This document shows, in pieces, positions 48,194-58,377 of a DNA stretch of 64,000 nucleotides; within the stretch, counting starts at the first letter, position 1, and each line of letters opens with the position of its first letter. Made by a program: the position numbers and the translations under genes. The notes beneath the pieces are model-generated. The model had not been told where the DNA came from, did not search any database, and was given only the letters and a program-made list of their open reading frames with translations. The stretch is from NCBI GenBank assembly GCA_040007475.1, contig JBDTVC010000002.1:4921-68920 (forward strand), in the 5' to 3' direction. Source of the stretch: Burkholderiales bacterium (lineage in GTDB: Bacteria > Pseudomonadota > Gammaproteobacteria > Burkholderiales > Burkholderiaceae_C).

Positions 48194-49561
48194 ATGCTGA
48201 AGATCCACAACCCCGCCACCGGCGCGCTGATCGCCGAAGTCCCCGAGGCCACGCCGGAGATCGTCGCCGAGCGCTTCCGTGCCGCGCGCGCCGCGCAACC
48301 GGCGTGGTTCGCCACCCCGCTGGAGGCGCGGCTGCAGGTGATGCAGCGCTTCCGCGTCGCGGTGGCGGCCGAGGTCGAATCGCTGGCGTCCACGCTGACG
48401 GCCGAGGTCGGCAAGCCGATCCGGCAGTCGCGCAACGAGCTGAACGGCTTGCTCGGCCGCGTCGACTTCTTCCTGACGCAGGCGGCGGCCACCCTGGCGC
48501 CGCAGCAGGTGTTCGACGAAGGCGGCACGCGCGAGGTCATCAGCTTCGACCCGCTCGGCGTGATCGCGAACATCTCGGCCTGGAACTACCCGTACTTCGT
48601 CGGCGGCAACGTGTTCGTGCCGGCGTTGCTGGCCGGCAATGCGGTGCTGTACAAGCCTTCGGAGTTCGCCACGCTCACGGGCCTGCACATCGCGCGGCTG
48701 CTGCATGAGTCGGGCGTGCCGCTCGACATCTTCGTGCCGCTGGTCGGCCGCGGTGAAGTCGGCGCCGCGCTGCTCGCGCAGAATATCGACGGCGTGTTCT
48801 TCACCGGCTCTCATGCGACCGGCGCAAAGATCGCGCAGACCGTCGGCCCGCGCTTCATCAAGCTGCAGCTTGAACTCGGCGGCAAGGACCCGACCTACGT
48901 CGCCGAAGACGCCGATCCGAAGATCGCCGCCGAGTCGCTCGCCGACGGCGCGATGTACAACGCCGGCCAGAGCTGCTGTTCGGTCGAGCGCATCTACGTG
49001 CACGAAAGCATCCACGATGCCTTCGTCGACGCGTTCGTCGACACGGTGCGCGGCTTCAGGATGGGCAACCCGACCAGCGAGGAGACCTACATCGGCGCGA
49101 TCACGCGCGCGCCGCAACTCGACGTGCTCGACGCACAGGTCGCCGACGCGCAAGCCAAGGGCGCGACGCTGCGCACTGGCGGCCACCGAGCGGCGGGGCC
49201 AGGCAACTGGTTCGAGCCCACGGTGTTCACCGGCGTGAACCACACGATGGAGTTGATGCGCGAGGAGAGCTTCGGGCCGGTCATCGGCATCCAGAAGGTC
49301 GCCAGCGACGCCGAGGCTCTGGCGCTGATGAACGATACGCGCTACGGCCTGACGGCCGGCGTGTTCACGAAGGACGAGGCGAGAGCACGTGCGCTGCTCG
49401 CGAAGGTCAACGCTGGCAGCGTCTACTGGAACTGCTGCGACCGCGTCAGCCCGCGGCTGCCGTGGTCTGGGCACGGCGATTCGGGTGTCGGTCTGACCTT
49501 GTCCACGTTCGGCATCCAGACCTTCACGCGGCCGCGTGCGTGGCATCTGCGCCAACCGTGA
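48194..49561 (+). CDS. NAD(P)-dependent aldehyde dehydrogenase
   Basis: 455 aa with ELGGKDP and catalytic Cys GQSCCSVERIYV. Confidence 0.88.
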   Translation: MLKIHNPATGALIAEVPEATPEIVAERFRAARAAQPAWFATPLEARLQVMQRFRVAVAAEVESLASTLTAEVGKPIRQSRNELNGLLGRVDFFLTQAAATLAPQQVFDEGGTREVISFDPLGVIANISAWNYPYFVGGNVFVPALLAGNAVLYKPSEFATLTGLHIARLLHESGVPLDIFVPLVGRGEVGAALLAQNIDGVFFTGSHATGAKIAQTVGPRFIKLQLELGGKDPTYVAEDADPKIAAESLADGAMYNAGQSCCSVERIYVHESIHDAFVDAFVDTVRGFRMGNPTSEETYIGAITRAPQLDVLDAQVADAQAKGATLRTGGHRAAGPGNWFEPTVFTGVNHTMELMREESFGPVIGIQKVASDAEALALMNDTRYGLTAGVFTKDEARARALLAKVNAGSVYWNCCDRVSPRLPWSGHGDSGVGLTLSTFGIQTFTRPRAWHLRQP

Positions 49562-50226
49562 CGCGGCTGGCGCTGTTCGATCTCGACCACACGCTGTTGA
49601 CGGGCGACAGCGATGTGCTGTGGTGCGAATTCCTGATGGACGCCGGCGTGCTCGACCGTGCCGAGTTCGAGCCGCGCAATGCCGACATGGCGCGCCGTTA
49701 CGGCGACGGCAGCGTCAGCGCGGCGGACTTCTGCGATTTCTACGTGTCCACACTCGCCGGCCGCACGCTGAGTGAGTGGCGGCCATGGTGCGAGCGTTTC
49801 CTGAGCGAAGTGATCGCGCCGAGGATCCCCGCCTCGGCGCGTGCCCTGGTCGAGTCGCACCGCGAGCGCGGCGACCGGATCGTGATGACGACCGCGACGA
49901 ACCGGGTGCTCACCGAGCTGACGGCGCAGCACCTCGGCATCGACGACCTGCTCGCAACCGAGGTCGAAGTGATCGGCGGCCGCTGCAGCGGCCGCACCCG
50001 GGGAGTGCTGAACATGAGGGAAGGCAAGGTCGAACGGCTGAAGTCTTGGTTGGCCGATCAGGGATGGCCGGCCGACGCGCTGGCCGGTGCCGTGTTCTAC
50101 AGCGATTCGGCGAACGACCTGCCGCTGCTTCGCTCGGTCGGGCAGCCCATCGTCGTCGATCCTGACCCGCAACTGCGGCGGCACGCGGCGATGGCCGGAT
50201 GGTCACTTGTGGAATTGGCCCGCTGA
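49558..50226 (+). CDS. HAD-IB family phosphatase (SerB-like subfamily)
   Basis: The GTG start overlaps the ALDH stop (GTGA). Motif [10 protein letters not shown], motif with TATN, and late motif [11 protein letters not shown]. Confidence 0.75.
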   Translation: MTRLALFDLDHTLLTGDSDVLWCEFLMDAGVLDRAEFEPRNADMARRYGDGSVSAADFCDFYVSTLAGRTLSEWRPWCERFLSEVIAPRIPASARALVESHRERGDRIVMTTATNRVLTELTAQHLGIDDLLATEVEVIGGRCSGRTRGVLNMREGKVERLKSWLADQGWPADALAGAVFYSDSANDLPLLRSVGQPIVVDPDPQLRRHAAMAGWSLVELAR

Positions 50227-50272
50227 CGACCGCCGAGCCGGTACGATCACGGCCGAAGCAATGGGAGGCGCA

Positions 50273-51094
50273 ATGGCAATGGATGTAGTCGACTACGAGA
50301 TCAGGGGTGCCGAGATGCAGTTCGTCGAGATCGAGCTCGATCCCGGCGAAGCGGCGGTCGGCGAGGCCGGCAGCATGATGTTCATGGACGCCGGCATCTC
50401 GATGGACACGGTGTTCGGCGATGGCTCGCAGAGCAGCGGCAACAGCGGTCTGTTCGGCAAACTGCTCGGCGCCGGCAAGCGGCTCGTGACGGGCGAGTCT
50501 CTGTTCACGACCGTCTACACGAACCAGGGTGCGGGCAAGCTGCGCGTCGCGTTCGCCGCGCCTTATCCGGGCAAGATCCTGCCGATGGACCTGCGTCAGC
50601 TCGGTGGCACGCTGATCTGTCAGAAGGACGCGTTCCTGTGCGCGGCGCGGGGCGTGTCGCTGGGGATCTACTTCCAGCAGAAGCTGTCGGTCGGCTTTTT
50701 CGGCGGCGAGGGCTTCGTGATGCAGAAGCTCGACGGTGACGGCCTGGCATTCGTGCACGCCGGCGGCACCGTCGTCAAGCGTGACCTGCGAGCGGGTCAG
50801 ACCTTGCTGATCGACACGGGCTGCATCGTCGCGCTGACGCCGAACGTGAGCTTCGAGATCCAGTACGTCGGCAAGGTCAAGACCGCGCTGTTCGGCGGCG
50901 AGGGCTTGTTCTTCGCGAAGGTCACTGGGCCCGGCACGGTGTGGCTGCAGAGCCTGCCGTTCTCGCGCCTGGCCTCGCGCGTGTTCGCCGCAGCGCCACA
51001 GCGCGGCGGCTCGAAGGAGGAAGGTTCGGTGCTCGGCGGTCTCGCGGTCGGTGGTCTGCTCGGCAGCGTGCTGGGCGGGGGCGACGATGACTAG
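50273..51094 (+). CDS. AIM24 / TIGR00266-family (DUF124) protein
   Basis: [39 protein letters not shown] is the typical family opening, with a Gly-rich C-terminus. GGAGG lies 5 nt upstream of the chosen ATG. Confidence 0.7.
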   Translation: MAMDVVDYEIRGAEMQFVEIELDPGEAAVGEAGSMMFMDAGISMDTVFGDGSQSSGNSGLFGKLLGAGKRLVTGESLFTTVYTNQGAGKLRVAFAAPYPGKILPMDLRQLGGTLICQKDAFLCAARGVSLGIYFQQKLSVGFFGGEGFVMQKLDGDGLAFVHAGGTVVKRDLRAGQTLLIDTGCIVALTPNVSFEIQYVGKVKTALFGGEGLFFAKVTGPGTVWLQSLPFSRLASRVFAAAPQRGGSKEEGSVLGGLAVGGLLGSVLGGGDDD

Positions 51095-51779
51095 GGCGTG
51101 GCCGGTGGCGCTGGTCGCATGCGTCCTCGCGGCATCGGCGCACGCCGAGTGCGGCGATGCCAGCGGTGACCGCCCGGTGTACTTGAGCTTCGACGCCGGC
51201 CACATGGCGATCGCTCCGCAGGTGGCCGATGTGCTCAGCCGGCAGAAGGTGAAGGCGACCTTTTTCCTCGCCGATCAGCGCACGGCCAGTGGTGGCAGCA
51301 GTCTCGACGACGAATGGACGCCGTGGTGGGCAGCGCGCGCTGCCGAGGGCCACGCGTTCGGCGCACTCGCCAGGACGACATCGCCGGCGCGGGTCTGTGC
51401 CGAGTCGACGGCCACCGCCGATCGCTTCCACCAGATGACGGGTCGCGCGATGCCCAGGCTGTTCCGCCTGAGCGCCGGCAAGGCGTCGCCGCAGCTGATC
51501 GCCGCAGCGGCCGGCTGCGACTGGGTGAACGTGGCGGGCTCGGTCTCGCTGGGCGACGACGTGGCGGGTCGCAAGGTCACGAACAAGCAGTTGCTGCACC
51601 GCGCGCTGCGCGACGTGCGGCCCGGCGATGTGCTGCTCGCGCACCTGGGGACCTGGCCACGCCGGGACGCCTGGGCGCCGACGAGTCTCGAGCCGTTGAT
51701 CGAAGGCCTGAAGGCGCGCGGCATGTGCTTCGCGACCTTGCGCGAGCATCCGGCGTACCGCGCTCAATTCTCATGGTGA
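51087..51779 (+). CDS. Polysaccharide-deacetylase-like (NodB-fold) secreted protein, divergent
   Basis: Signal peptide [27 protein letters not shown] resembles the NodB motif 1 and LLAHLG resembles the last motif. The middle motifs are poorly conserved. Confidence 0.5.
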   Translation: MTRAWPVALVACVLAASAHAECGDASGDRPVYLSFDAGHMAIAPQVADVLSRQKVKATFFLADQRTASGGSSLDDEWTPWWAARAAEGHAFGALARTTSPARVCAESTATADRFHQMTGRAMPRLFRLSAGKASPQLIAAAAGCDWVNVAGSVSLGDDVAGRKVTNKQLLHRALRDVRPGDVLLAHLGTWPRRDAWAPTSLEPLIEGLKARGMCFATLREHPAYRAQFSW

Positions 51780-51789
51780 TGTATCTTCA

Positions 51790-52704
51790 ATGAATCTGCT
51801 GCTCGACTCGTTCTGGCGTGCGGTCGCGTACTGCCTGCACCCGCGGGTGATCCTGCTTTCGCTGCTGCCGCTGGTGTTGATGGCGGCGCTGTCGCTCGGG
51901 CTGGGCTACTTTTTCTGGGAGGCCGCGCTCGACGCCGTGCGCGACACGTTCGAGTCGTGGGCGATGCTCGCGACGATGATCCACTGGCTCGAAGGCATGG
52001 GTCTGGCCAACCTCAAGTCGGTGCTCGCGCCGCTCGTGGTCGTGTTCCTGAGCACCCCGGTGATCGTGGTGCTCGCGTTGCTGATGGTCGCGGCGTTCAT
52101 GACGCCATCGATGCTCGGGCTCGTCGCTACGCGCCGCTTCCCGCTGCTCGAGCACCGACACGGCGGCTCGTTCTTCGGCAGCATGTTCGGCGCACTGTGG
52201 GCCACGCTGGCGGCGCTGATCGTGATGCTGCTGTCGATCCCGCTGTGGTTCGTGCCGCCGCTGGTTCTGATCGTGCCGCCGCTGATCTGGGGCTGGCTCA
52301 CCTACCGCGTGATGAGCTACGACGTGCTTGCCGAGCACGCGAGCAAGGAGGAGCGGCATGAGCTGATACGCCGTCATCGCCCGCTGCTGCTGGGCATGGG
52401 CGTGCTCACCGGCTACCTCGGCGCGGCACCTTCGCTGGTGTGGGCCTCCGGTGCGATCGCGATTGTGTTCGCGCCGGTGCTGGTGCCGGTGGCGGTGTGG
52501 ATCTACACGCTGGTGTTCGCGTTCTCGTCGCTGTGGTTCGCGCACTTCTCGCTCGCGGCGCTGCAGATCCTGCGGCGCGAACGCGAGGCGTCCGAGCTCG
52601 TGCCCGCGGGCAGCGGTCCGCGCGCGGACGAGTTGATCGCTGACGCGCGCATCATTCCGTTGCCTCCGGCCGATGTGGCCGGTGGTCCCGCACCTTCACC
52701 CTGA
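51790..52704 (+). CDS. EI24/CysZ-like integral membrane protein
   Basis: 304 aa and multi-TM. The opening SFWRAVAYCLHPRVILLSLLPL is typical of the EI24 (DUF540) family. Assignment is tentative. Confidence 0.55.
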   Translation: MNLLLDSFWRAVAYCLHPRVILLSLLPLVLMAALSLGLGYFFWEAALDAVRDTFESWAMLATMIHWLEGMGLANLKSVLAPLVVVFLSTPVIVVLALLMVAAFMTPSMLGLVATRRFPLLEHRHGGSFFGSMFGALWATLAALIVMLLSIPLWFVPPLVLIVPPLIWGWLTYRVMSYDVLAEHASKEERHELIRRHRPLLLGMGVLTGYLGAAPSLVWASGAIAIVFAPVLVPVAVWIYTLVFAFSSLWFAHFSLAALQILRREREASELVPAGSGPRADELIADARIIPLPPADVAGGPAPSP

Positions 52705-52712
52705 ACCCGTTC

Positions 52713-53507
52713 ATGAACTTCGGTCTGATCATCATCGGCGACGAGATTCTCTCGGGCAAGCGCGCCGACAAGCACCTGCCCAAGGTGATCGAGTTGCTGT
52801 CGGCACGCGGTCTGGCGCTGTCGTGGGCACGCTATGTCGGTGACGACCCGGCGCGCATCACGGCCGACCTGAAGCACGCGTTCGAGTCCGGCGACGTGGT
52901 GTTCTCGTGCGGCGGCATCGGCGCAACGCCCGACGACCACACGCGCCAGTGCGCCGCCGCCGCGCTCGGGCGACCGCTCGCGCTGCATCCACAGGCGCGC
53001 GACCTGATCCTGGAGCGCATGCGCGACACCGCGGCGGAGCAGGGCATCCCGTTCGAGCCGGATCGGCACGACAACGTGCATCGGCTCAACATGGGCGTGT
53101 TCCCCGAGGGCGCTGAGATCATCCCCAATCCGTTCAACAAGATCGCGGGCTTCACGGTCGGCACGGTGCACTTCGTTCCGGGGTTCCCGGTGATGGCCTG
53201 GCCGATGATCGAATCCGTCCTCGACACGCATTACTCGCATCTGCACGGCAAGAATACCCAGCACGAGAAGTCGGTGATCGTGTTCGGCGCGATGGAGGCC
53301 ACGCTCACGCCGCTGATGGAGCGTGTCGAAGCCACCTTCGCCGGCATCAAGGTGTTCAGTCTGCCCAGCGTCGACCACCCGCAATGGGGGCGCCACATCG
53401 AGCTCGGTGTGAAGGGCGATTCGGCCCGACTCGACGCGGCCTACAACGTGCTGCTGGAGGGCCTCCACGAGCACGGCGCCAAGTTGGGCCCCGAATTGGT
53501 GCGATGA
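52713..53507 (+). CDS. CinA-like / MoCF-biosynthesis (molybdopterin-binding) domain protein
   Basis: [21 protein letters not shown] is the signature opening of the MoCF_biosynth domain; 264 aa with no PncC domain. Confidence 0.75.
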   Translation: MNFGLIIIGDEILSGKRADKHLPKVIELLSARGLALSWARYVGDDPARITADLKHAFESGDVVFSCGGIGATPDDHTRQCAAAALGRPLALHPQARDLILERMRDTAAEQGIPFEPDRHDNVHRLNMGVFPEGAEIIPNPFNKIAGFTVGTVHFVPGFPVMAWPMIESVLDTHYSHLHGKNTQHEKSVIVFGAMEATLTPLMERVEATFAGIKVFSLPSVDHPQWGRHIELGVKGDSARLDAAYNVLLEGLHEHGAKLGPELVR

Positions 53508-53588
53508 TCTGCTCTCATTCGGTGCGGCAAGTCGCACCAATCCGGAACGCCTCGCAGACGCTTGCCAGCCCGGTACGAGACCGTTGCG

Positions 53589-53602
53589 GGCATGCTTTCT
53601 GC
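53589..53602 (+). promoter_or_regulatory. Candidate sigma54 promoter of glnA
   Basis: GGCATG-CTTT-CTGC with GG and GC in the canonical 12-nt register. About 100 nt upstream of the glnA ATG. Confidence 0.5.
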
Positions 53603-53703
53603 TACATTCCTGTGCGCATTTTTGGGGCCTGTCAGCAGGCCTTTTGAAGGTCGCTTCCCAGCCCCGCCCACCCTCGAACAAGCATTCCAACAGGAGTTCC
53701 CAG

Positions 53704-55122
53704 ATGGCCAGCAAGACCGTTGCCGATGTGATGAAGATGGTCAAGGAGAACGAAGTCAAGTTCGTCGACTTCCGTTTTACCGACACCCGCGGCAAAGAGC
53801 AGCACGTGAGCGTGCCCGTGTCCCATTTCGATGAAGACAAGTTCACCGCGGGCCACGCGTTCGACGGCTCGTCGATCGCCGGCTGGAAGGGCATCGAGGC
53901 ATCCGACATGCAGCTGATGCCGGACCCGAACACCGCCAACATCGACCCATTCTTCGAAGAGCCGACGCTGATCCTCACGTGCGACGTGGTCGAGCCGGGC
54001 GACGGCAAGCCCTACGAGCGCGATCCGCGTTCGCTGGCCAAGCGCGCCGAAGCCTACATGAAGGCCTCGGGTCTGGGCGACACCGCATTCTTCGGCCCGG
54101 AGCCCGAGTTCTTCGTGTTCGACAGCGTGCGCTGGGGCAACGACATGTCGGGCTGCTTCTCGAAGATCGAATCCGAAGAAGCTGCCTGGAACACCGGCAA
54201 GGAATACGAGCACGGCAATTCGGGCTACCGCCCCACTGTCAAGGGCGGCTACTTCCCGACCCCGCCGGTCGACAGCATGCAAGACATGCGCTCCGAGATG
54301 TGCCTGGTGCTCGAATCGCTGGGCATTCCGTGCGAAGTGCATCACCATGAAGTGGCCAACGCCGGCCAGATGGAAATCGGCACCCGGTTCAGCACGCTGC
54401 TGCAGCGCGCCGACTGGGTCCAGCTGCAAAAGTACGTGATCCAGAACGTCGCTCATGCCTACGGCAAGACCGCGACCTTCATGCCCAAGCCCATCGTCGG
54501 CGACAACGGCTCCGGCATGCACGTGCACCAGTCGGTCTGGAAGGACGGCAAGAACCTGTTCGCCGGTGACGGCTACGCCGGCCTGAGCGAATTCGCGCTG
54601 TTCTACATCGGCGGCATCATCAAGCACGCCCGCGCGCTGAACGCCATCACGAACCCCGGCACGAACTCGTACAAGCGCCTGGTGCCGGGCTACGAAGCGC
54701 CGGTGAAGCTGGCGTACTCGGCCAAGAACCGCTCGGCGTCGATCCGCATCCCGTTCGTCGCGAACCCGAAGGGCCGCCGCGTCGAAGCGCGCTTCCCCGA
54801 TCCCCTGATGAACCCGTACCTCGGCTTCTCGGCCATGCTGATGGCCGGCCTGGACGGCGTCGAGAACAAGATCCACCCGGGCGAAGCCGCCAGCAAGGAC
54901 CTCTACCACCTGCCGCCGGAAGAGGACAAGCTGATCCCGACCGTGTGCCACAGCCTGGACCAGGCGCTCGAGTACCTCGACAAGGACCGCGCCTTCCTGA
55001 CCAAGGGCGGTGTGTTCACCGATGCCTACATCGACGCCTACATCGACCTGAAGATGCAGGAAGTGACGCGTTTCCGCATGGCCACGCACCCGGTCGAGTT
55101 CGACATGTACTACACGCTGTAA
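53704..55122 (+). CDS. glnA: Glutamine synthetase type I
   Basis: [34 protein letters not shown]; 472 aa. Carries the adenylylation-loop Tyr context [10 protein letters not shown]. Trimmed from track ORF 53584. Confidence 0.95.
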   Translation: MASKTVADVMKMVKENEVKFVDFRFTDTRGKEQHVSVPVSHFDEDKFTAGHAFDGSSIAGWKGIEASDMQLMPDPNTANIDPFFEEPTLILTCDVVEPGDGKPYERDPRSLAKRAEAYMKASGLGDTAFFGPEPEFFVFDSVRWGNDMSGCFSKIESEEAAWNTGKEYEHGNSGYRPTVKGGYFPTPPVDSMQDMRSEMCLVLESLGIPCEVHHHEVANAGQMEIGTRFSTLLQRADWVQLQKYVIQNVAHAYGKTATFMPKPIVGDNGSGMHVHQSVWKDGKNLFAGDGYAGLSEFALFYIGGIIKHARALNAITNPGTNSYKRLVPGYEAPVKLAYSAKNRSASIRIPFVANPKGRRVEARFPDPLMNPYLGFSAMLMAGLDGVENKIHPGEAASKDLYHLPPEEDKLIPTVCHSLDQALEYLDKDRAFLTKGGVFTDAYIDAYIDLKMQEVTRFRMATHPVEFDMYYTL

Positions 55123-55156
55123 AGCTCTGCCCATGCGGGCGCAAGTCACGGCAATC

Positions 55157-55186
55157 AAGGGACGGCGTCAGCCGTCCCTTTTTTTT
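55157..55186 (+). terminator. Rho-independent terminator of glnA
   Basis: AAGGGACGGC-GTCA-GCCGTCCCTT, a 10-bp perfect stem running into a T8 tract. Lies 35 nt after the TAA. Confidence 0.9.
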
Positions 55187-55236
55187 GGGCGTTGAGTGTG
55201 GGAGACAATCACGTCGATGATCTGGAGTACCCCCGC

Positions 55237-55755
55237 ATGACGACGCTTCCTCGATCGAACCTGCTTCGCGCCCTGAGCGGGGTATTGCTGTGCGCCAGTG
55301 GTGTCGCCCACGCCGACGTGACCTACAAGTGTCCGCACAACAATTACTACAACAGCAACACGATCAGCGCGAAAGAAGCCAAGGACAAGGGTTGCACGGT
55401 TCTCGAGGGGTCGCCGATCACCGTGATCCAGGGGCCGAAGCCGCGTTCCGGTGCCAGCGGTGCCTCAGGCGCATCACCCGCGCCGACCGGCAATGGCCGG
55501 ATCGATCCCGCTGACCAGCGCGCGCGCGACTCCGACGCCCGTCGCATCCTCGAATCCGAGCTCAAGCGCGAAGAGGATCGCCTCGCGGCGATGAAGACCG
55601 AATACAACAATGGTCAGCCGGACCGGCAGGGCGCCGAAAGCCGCAACTTCCAGAAGTACCTCGACCGCGTGGCCGAGATGAAGACGGCGATCGCGCGCAA
55701 GGAAGGCGACATCGCGGCCTTGAAGCGCGAATTGCAGAAGTACCCCTCACAGTGA
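55237..55755 (+). CDS. DUF4124-like secreted protein
   Basis: Signal peptide LLRALSGVLLCASGVAHA, then DVTYKC...Y..N, then a charged coiled-coil tail. Sits between glnA and ntrB. Confidence 0.6.
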   Translation: MTTLPRSNLLRALSGVLLCASGVAHADVTYKCPHNNYYNSNTISAKEAKDKGCTVLEGSPITVIQGPKPRSGASGASGASPAPTGNGRIDPADQRARDSDARRILESELKREEDRLAAMKTEYNNGQPDRQGAESRNFQKYLDRVAEMKTAIARKEGDIAALKRELQKYPSQ

Positions 55756-56831
55756 AAATTGTCGCGCAGAGCGCCCAGAACTTCGCCGCGTTCGACCACC
55801 TGGCCACGATGGTCGCGGTGGTCACGGAGTCGGGACAGTGCCTGTTCGCCAATGCGTCGTTCGAGAACGTGCTGGGCCTGTCGCGCCGCAGCGTGCAGCG
55901 GGGTTCCCTGTTCGAGTGGTTCGTCGATCCGCAGCGCCTCAGCGACACGGTGATCGCCGTCAACCGGAACGACTTCTCGACCAGCCGCCTCGAAGCGTTG
56001 TTGCGGCGGCCAAGCGCGGGCCACGCCGAACCGCTGCCGGTCCACGTGATCGTGAACCAGATGGAGACCCCGGGCCATGTCGTGATCGAGCTGGTCGAGA
56101 TCGAGCAGCAGACGCGCCAGGACCGCGAGGAGCGCGCGCTGGACCAGGCGCAGGTCACCAAGGAGCTGATCCGCAACCTGGCGCACGAGATAAAGAACCC
56201 GCTGGGCGGCATCCGGGGGGCGGCGCAGCTGCTCGAGATGGAGGTCCAGGATCGCGCGCTGCACGAGTACACCCAGGTCATCATCAGCGAGGCCGATCGG
56301 CTGCAGGCGCTGGTGGACCGGCTGCTGGCGCCGCACCGCCGGCCGCACGTCGTGAGCGAGGTCAACATCCACGAAGTCTGCGAGCGCGTGCGGGCGCTGA
56401 TCCTCGCGGAGTTCCCGCGCGGGCTGATGGTCGAGCGCGACTACGACATCTCGATCCCCGACTTTCGCGGCGACCGCGAGCAGCTGATCCAGGCCGTGCT
56501 CAACATCGCGCACAACGCCGCGCAGGCACTGGCCGAGCGCATCGCCGAGGGCGACGCGATGATCACGCTGCGCACCCGCATCGCGCGCCAGGTCACGCTG
56601 GGCAAGCAGCGCTATCGCTTGGCACTGGACTTGCATATTCAGGACAACGGCCCGGGCGTGCCCGAGTCCATTCGCGAGCGCATCTTCTACCCGCTGGTAT
56701 CGGGGCGCGATGGTGGCTCGGGGCTTGGGCTCACGCTGGCGCAGACCTTCGTGCAGCAGCACAGCGGCACGATCGAATGCGACAGTGAACCGGGCCGGAC
56801 CATTTTCAAGATCGTGATACCGCTGATCTGA
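55752..56831 (+). CDS. ntrB: Nitrogen-regulation sensor histidine kinase NtrB
   Basis: PAS-like N-terminus, H-box LAHEIKNPLGGIRGAAQLL, N box and G boxes (DNGPGV, GSGLGL). The GTG start overlaps the upstream stop. Confidence 0.9.
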   Translation: MKIVAQSAQNFAAFDHLATMVAVVTESGQCLFANASFENVLGLSRRSVQRGSLFEWFVDPQRLSDTVIAVNRNDFSTSRLEALLRRPSAGHAEPLPVHVIVNQMETPGHVVIELVEIEQQTRQDREERALDQAQVTKELIRNLAHEIKNPLGGIRGAAQLLEMEVQDRALHEYTQVIISEADRLQALVDRLLAPHRRPHVVSEVNIHEVCERVRALILAEFPRGLMVERDYDISIPDFRGDREQLIQAVLNIAHNAAQALAERIAEGDAMITLRTRIARQVTLGKQRYRLALDLHIQDNGPGVPESIRERIFYPLVSGRDGGSGLGLTLAQTFVQQHSGTIECDSEPGRTIFKIVIPLI

Positions 56832-56877
56832 GCGAGGGGAATGCCCGGGCAGCGGCGCGACAACAAGCAGGCAGGGC

Positions 56878-58377
56878 ATGAAACCCATCTGGATCGTTGA
56901 CGACGACCAATCCATCCGCTTCGTGCTGGAGAAGGCCCTGGCGCGCGAGGAGCTCGCGGTACGCAGCTTCACGAATCCGCGCGACGTGCTCAAGGCGCTC
57001 GACGACGGCGACGAGCCGCAGGTGCTGGTCTCCGACATCCGCATGCCGGGTGGCTCGGGCCTCGAGCTGCTCGCCAAGGTGCGCGAGCGCCAGCCCGGCC
57101 TGCCCGTGATCATCATGACGGCCTACTCCGACCTCGACAGTGCCGTCAGCGCGTTCCAGGGCGGTGCGTTCGAGTACCTGCCCAAGCCCTTCGACGTGCC
57201 CAAGGCCGTCGAGCTGATTCGCCGCGCCGTCGAAGAGAGCCTGCGCGAGGAAGTGCGCGACGAGAAGGCTGCGCAAGTCCCCGAGATGCTCGGCCAGGCC
57301 CCCGCGATGCAGGACGTGTTCCGCGCGATCGGCCGGCTGAGCCAGAGCATCGTCACGGTGCTGATCACCGGCGAGTCGGGTTCCGGCAAGGAGCTTGTGG
57401 CCAACGCGCTGCACAAGCACAGTCCGCGCGCCAGCGGCCCGTTCGTCGCGATCAACACTGCGGCGATCCCGAAGGACCTGCTGGAGTCGGAGCTTTTCGG
57501 CCACGAGCGTGGTGCGTTCACCGGTGCGCAGACCACGCGCCGCGGGCGCTTCGAGCAGGCCGACGGCGGCACGCTGTTCCTCGATGAGATCGGCGACATG
57601 CCGTTCGACTTGCAGACGCGCCTGTTGCGGGTGCTGAGCGATGGCCAGTTCTACCGCGTCGGCGGCCACAACCCGATGAAGAGCAATGTGCGCGTGATCG
57701 CGGCGACGCACCAGAACCTCGAGGACCGGGTGAAGCTCGGTGCGTTCCGCGAAGACCTGTTCCACCGCCTCAACGTGATCCGGCTGCGCCTGCCGGCACT
57801 GCGCGAACGCGCCGAAGACGTGCCGGCGTTGACCCGCTTCTTCCTGCAAAAGAGCGCGAAGGAACTCGGCGTCGAGGCCAAGCGCATCACCGATGCGGCG
57901 CTCGCGCTGCTGATGCGCTTCGACTTCCCCGGCAACGTGCGGCAGCTCGAGAACATCTGCCACTGGCTCACCGTGATGGCGCCGGCACAGATGATCGAGG
58001 CGAAGGATCTGCCGCCCGAACTCGCGTCGGCCACCGCCGCTGCGGTGCCGGAGTTCAAGGCCGTCGCACGGCCCCTCATCCCGGCGCCGAGCGTAGCGGT
58101 CGACGCCACGCCGTTGCCGCCAGCCGTCTTGTCGAGCGGCGCATCTGCGGCCGCCTCGCCGGGTTCGTGGCTCGCGGGCCTGGAGCACGACGCGCGCAAT
58201 CTGCTTCAGTCGGGCGATGCCGAGGTGTGGGACACGCTGACCCACCAGTTCGAGGCCCAGCTGATCCGCACCGCGCTCGAGATCACGCGCGGGCGCCGCA
58301 TCGAGGCCGCGCAGAAGCTCGGCATCGGGCGCAACACCATCACCCGCAAGATCCAGGAACTCGGGCTGGACGACTGA
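56878..58377 (+). CDS. ntrC: Nitrogen-regulation response regulator NtrC (sigma54 enhancer-binding protein)
   Basis: Receiver domain (VLVSDIRMPG), AAA+ domain with GESGSGKE, the GAFTGA sigma54-contact loop and ESELFGHE, and a C-terminal Fis-type HTH (AAQKLGIGRNTITRK). Confidence 0.93.
   Translation: MKPIWIVDDDQSIRFVLEKALAREELAVRSFTNPRDVLKALDDGDEPQVLVSDIRMPGGSGLELLAKVRERQPGLPVIIMTAYSDLDSAVSAFQGGAFEYLPKPFDVPKAVELIRRAVEESLREEVRDEKAAQVPEMLGQAPAMQDVFRAIGRLSQSIVTVLITGESGSGKELVANALHKHSPRASGPFVAINTAAIPKDLLESELFGHERGAFTGAQTTRRGRFEQADGGTLFLDEIGDMPFDLQTRLLRVLSDGQFYRVGGHNPMKSNVRVIAATHQNLEDRVKLGAFREDLFHRLNVIRLRLPALRERAEDVPALTRFFLQKSAKELGVEAKRITDAALALLMRFDFPGNVRQLENICHWLTVMAPAQMIEAKDLPPELASATAAAVPEFKAVARPLIPAPSVAVDATPLPPAVLSSGASAAASPGSWLAGLEHDARNLLQSGDAEVWDTLTHQFEAQLIRTALEITRGRRIEAAQKLGIGRNTITRKIQELGLDD

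Noticed and set aside
53521-53540. Inverted repeat GGTGC-N8-GCACC upstream of glnA as an NtrC enhancer site
   Set aside because: The half-site orientation and spacing do not match the enteric TGCACC-N5-GGTGCA consensus, and I found no second site. It is left uncalled.
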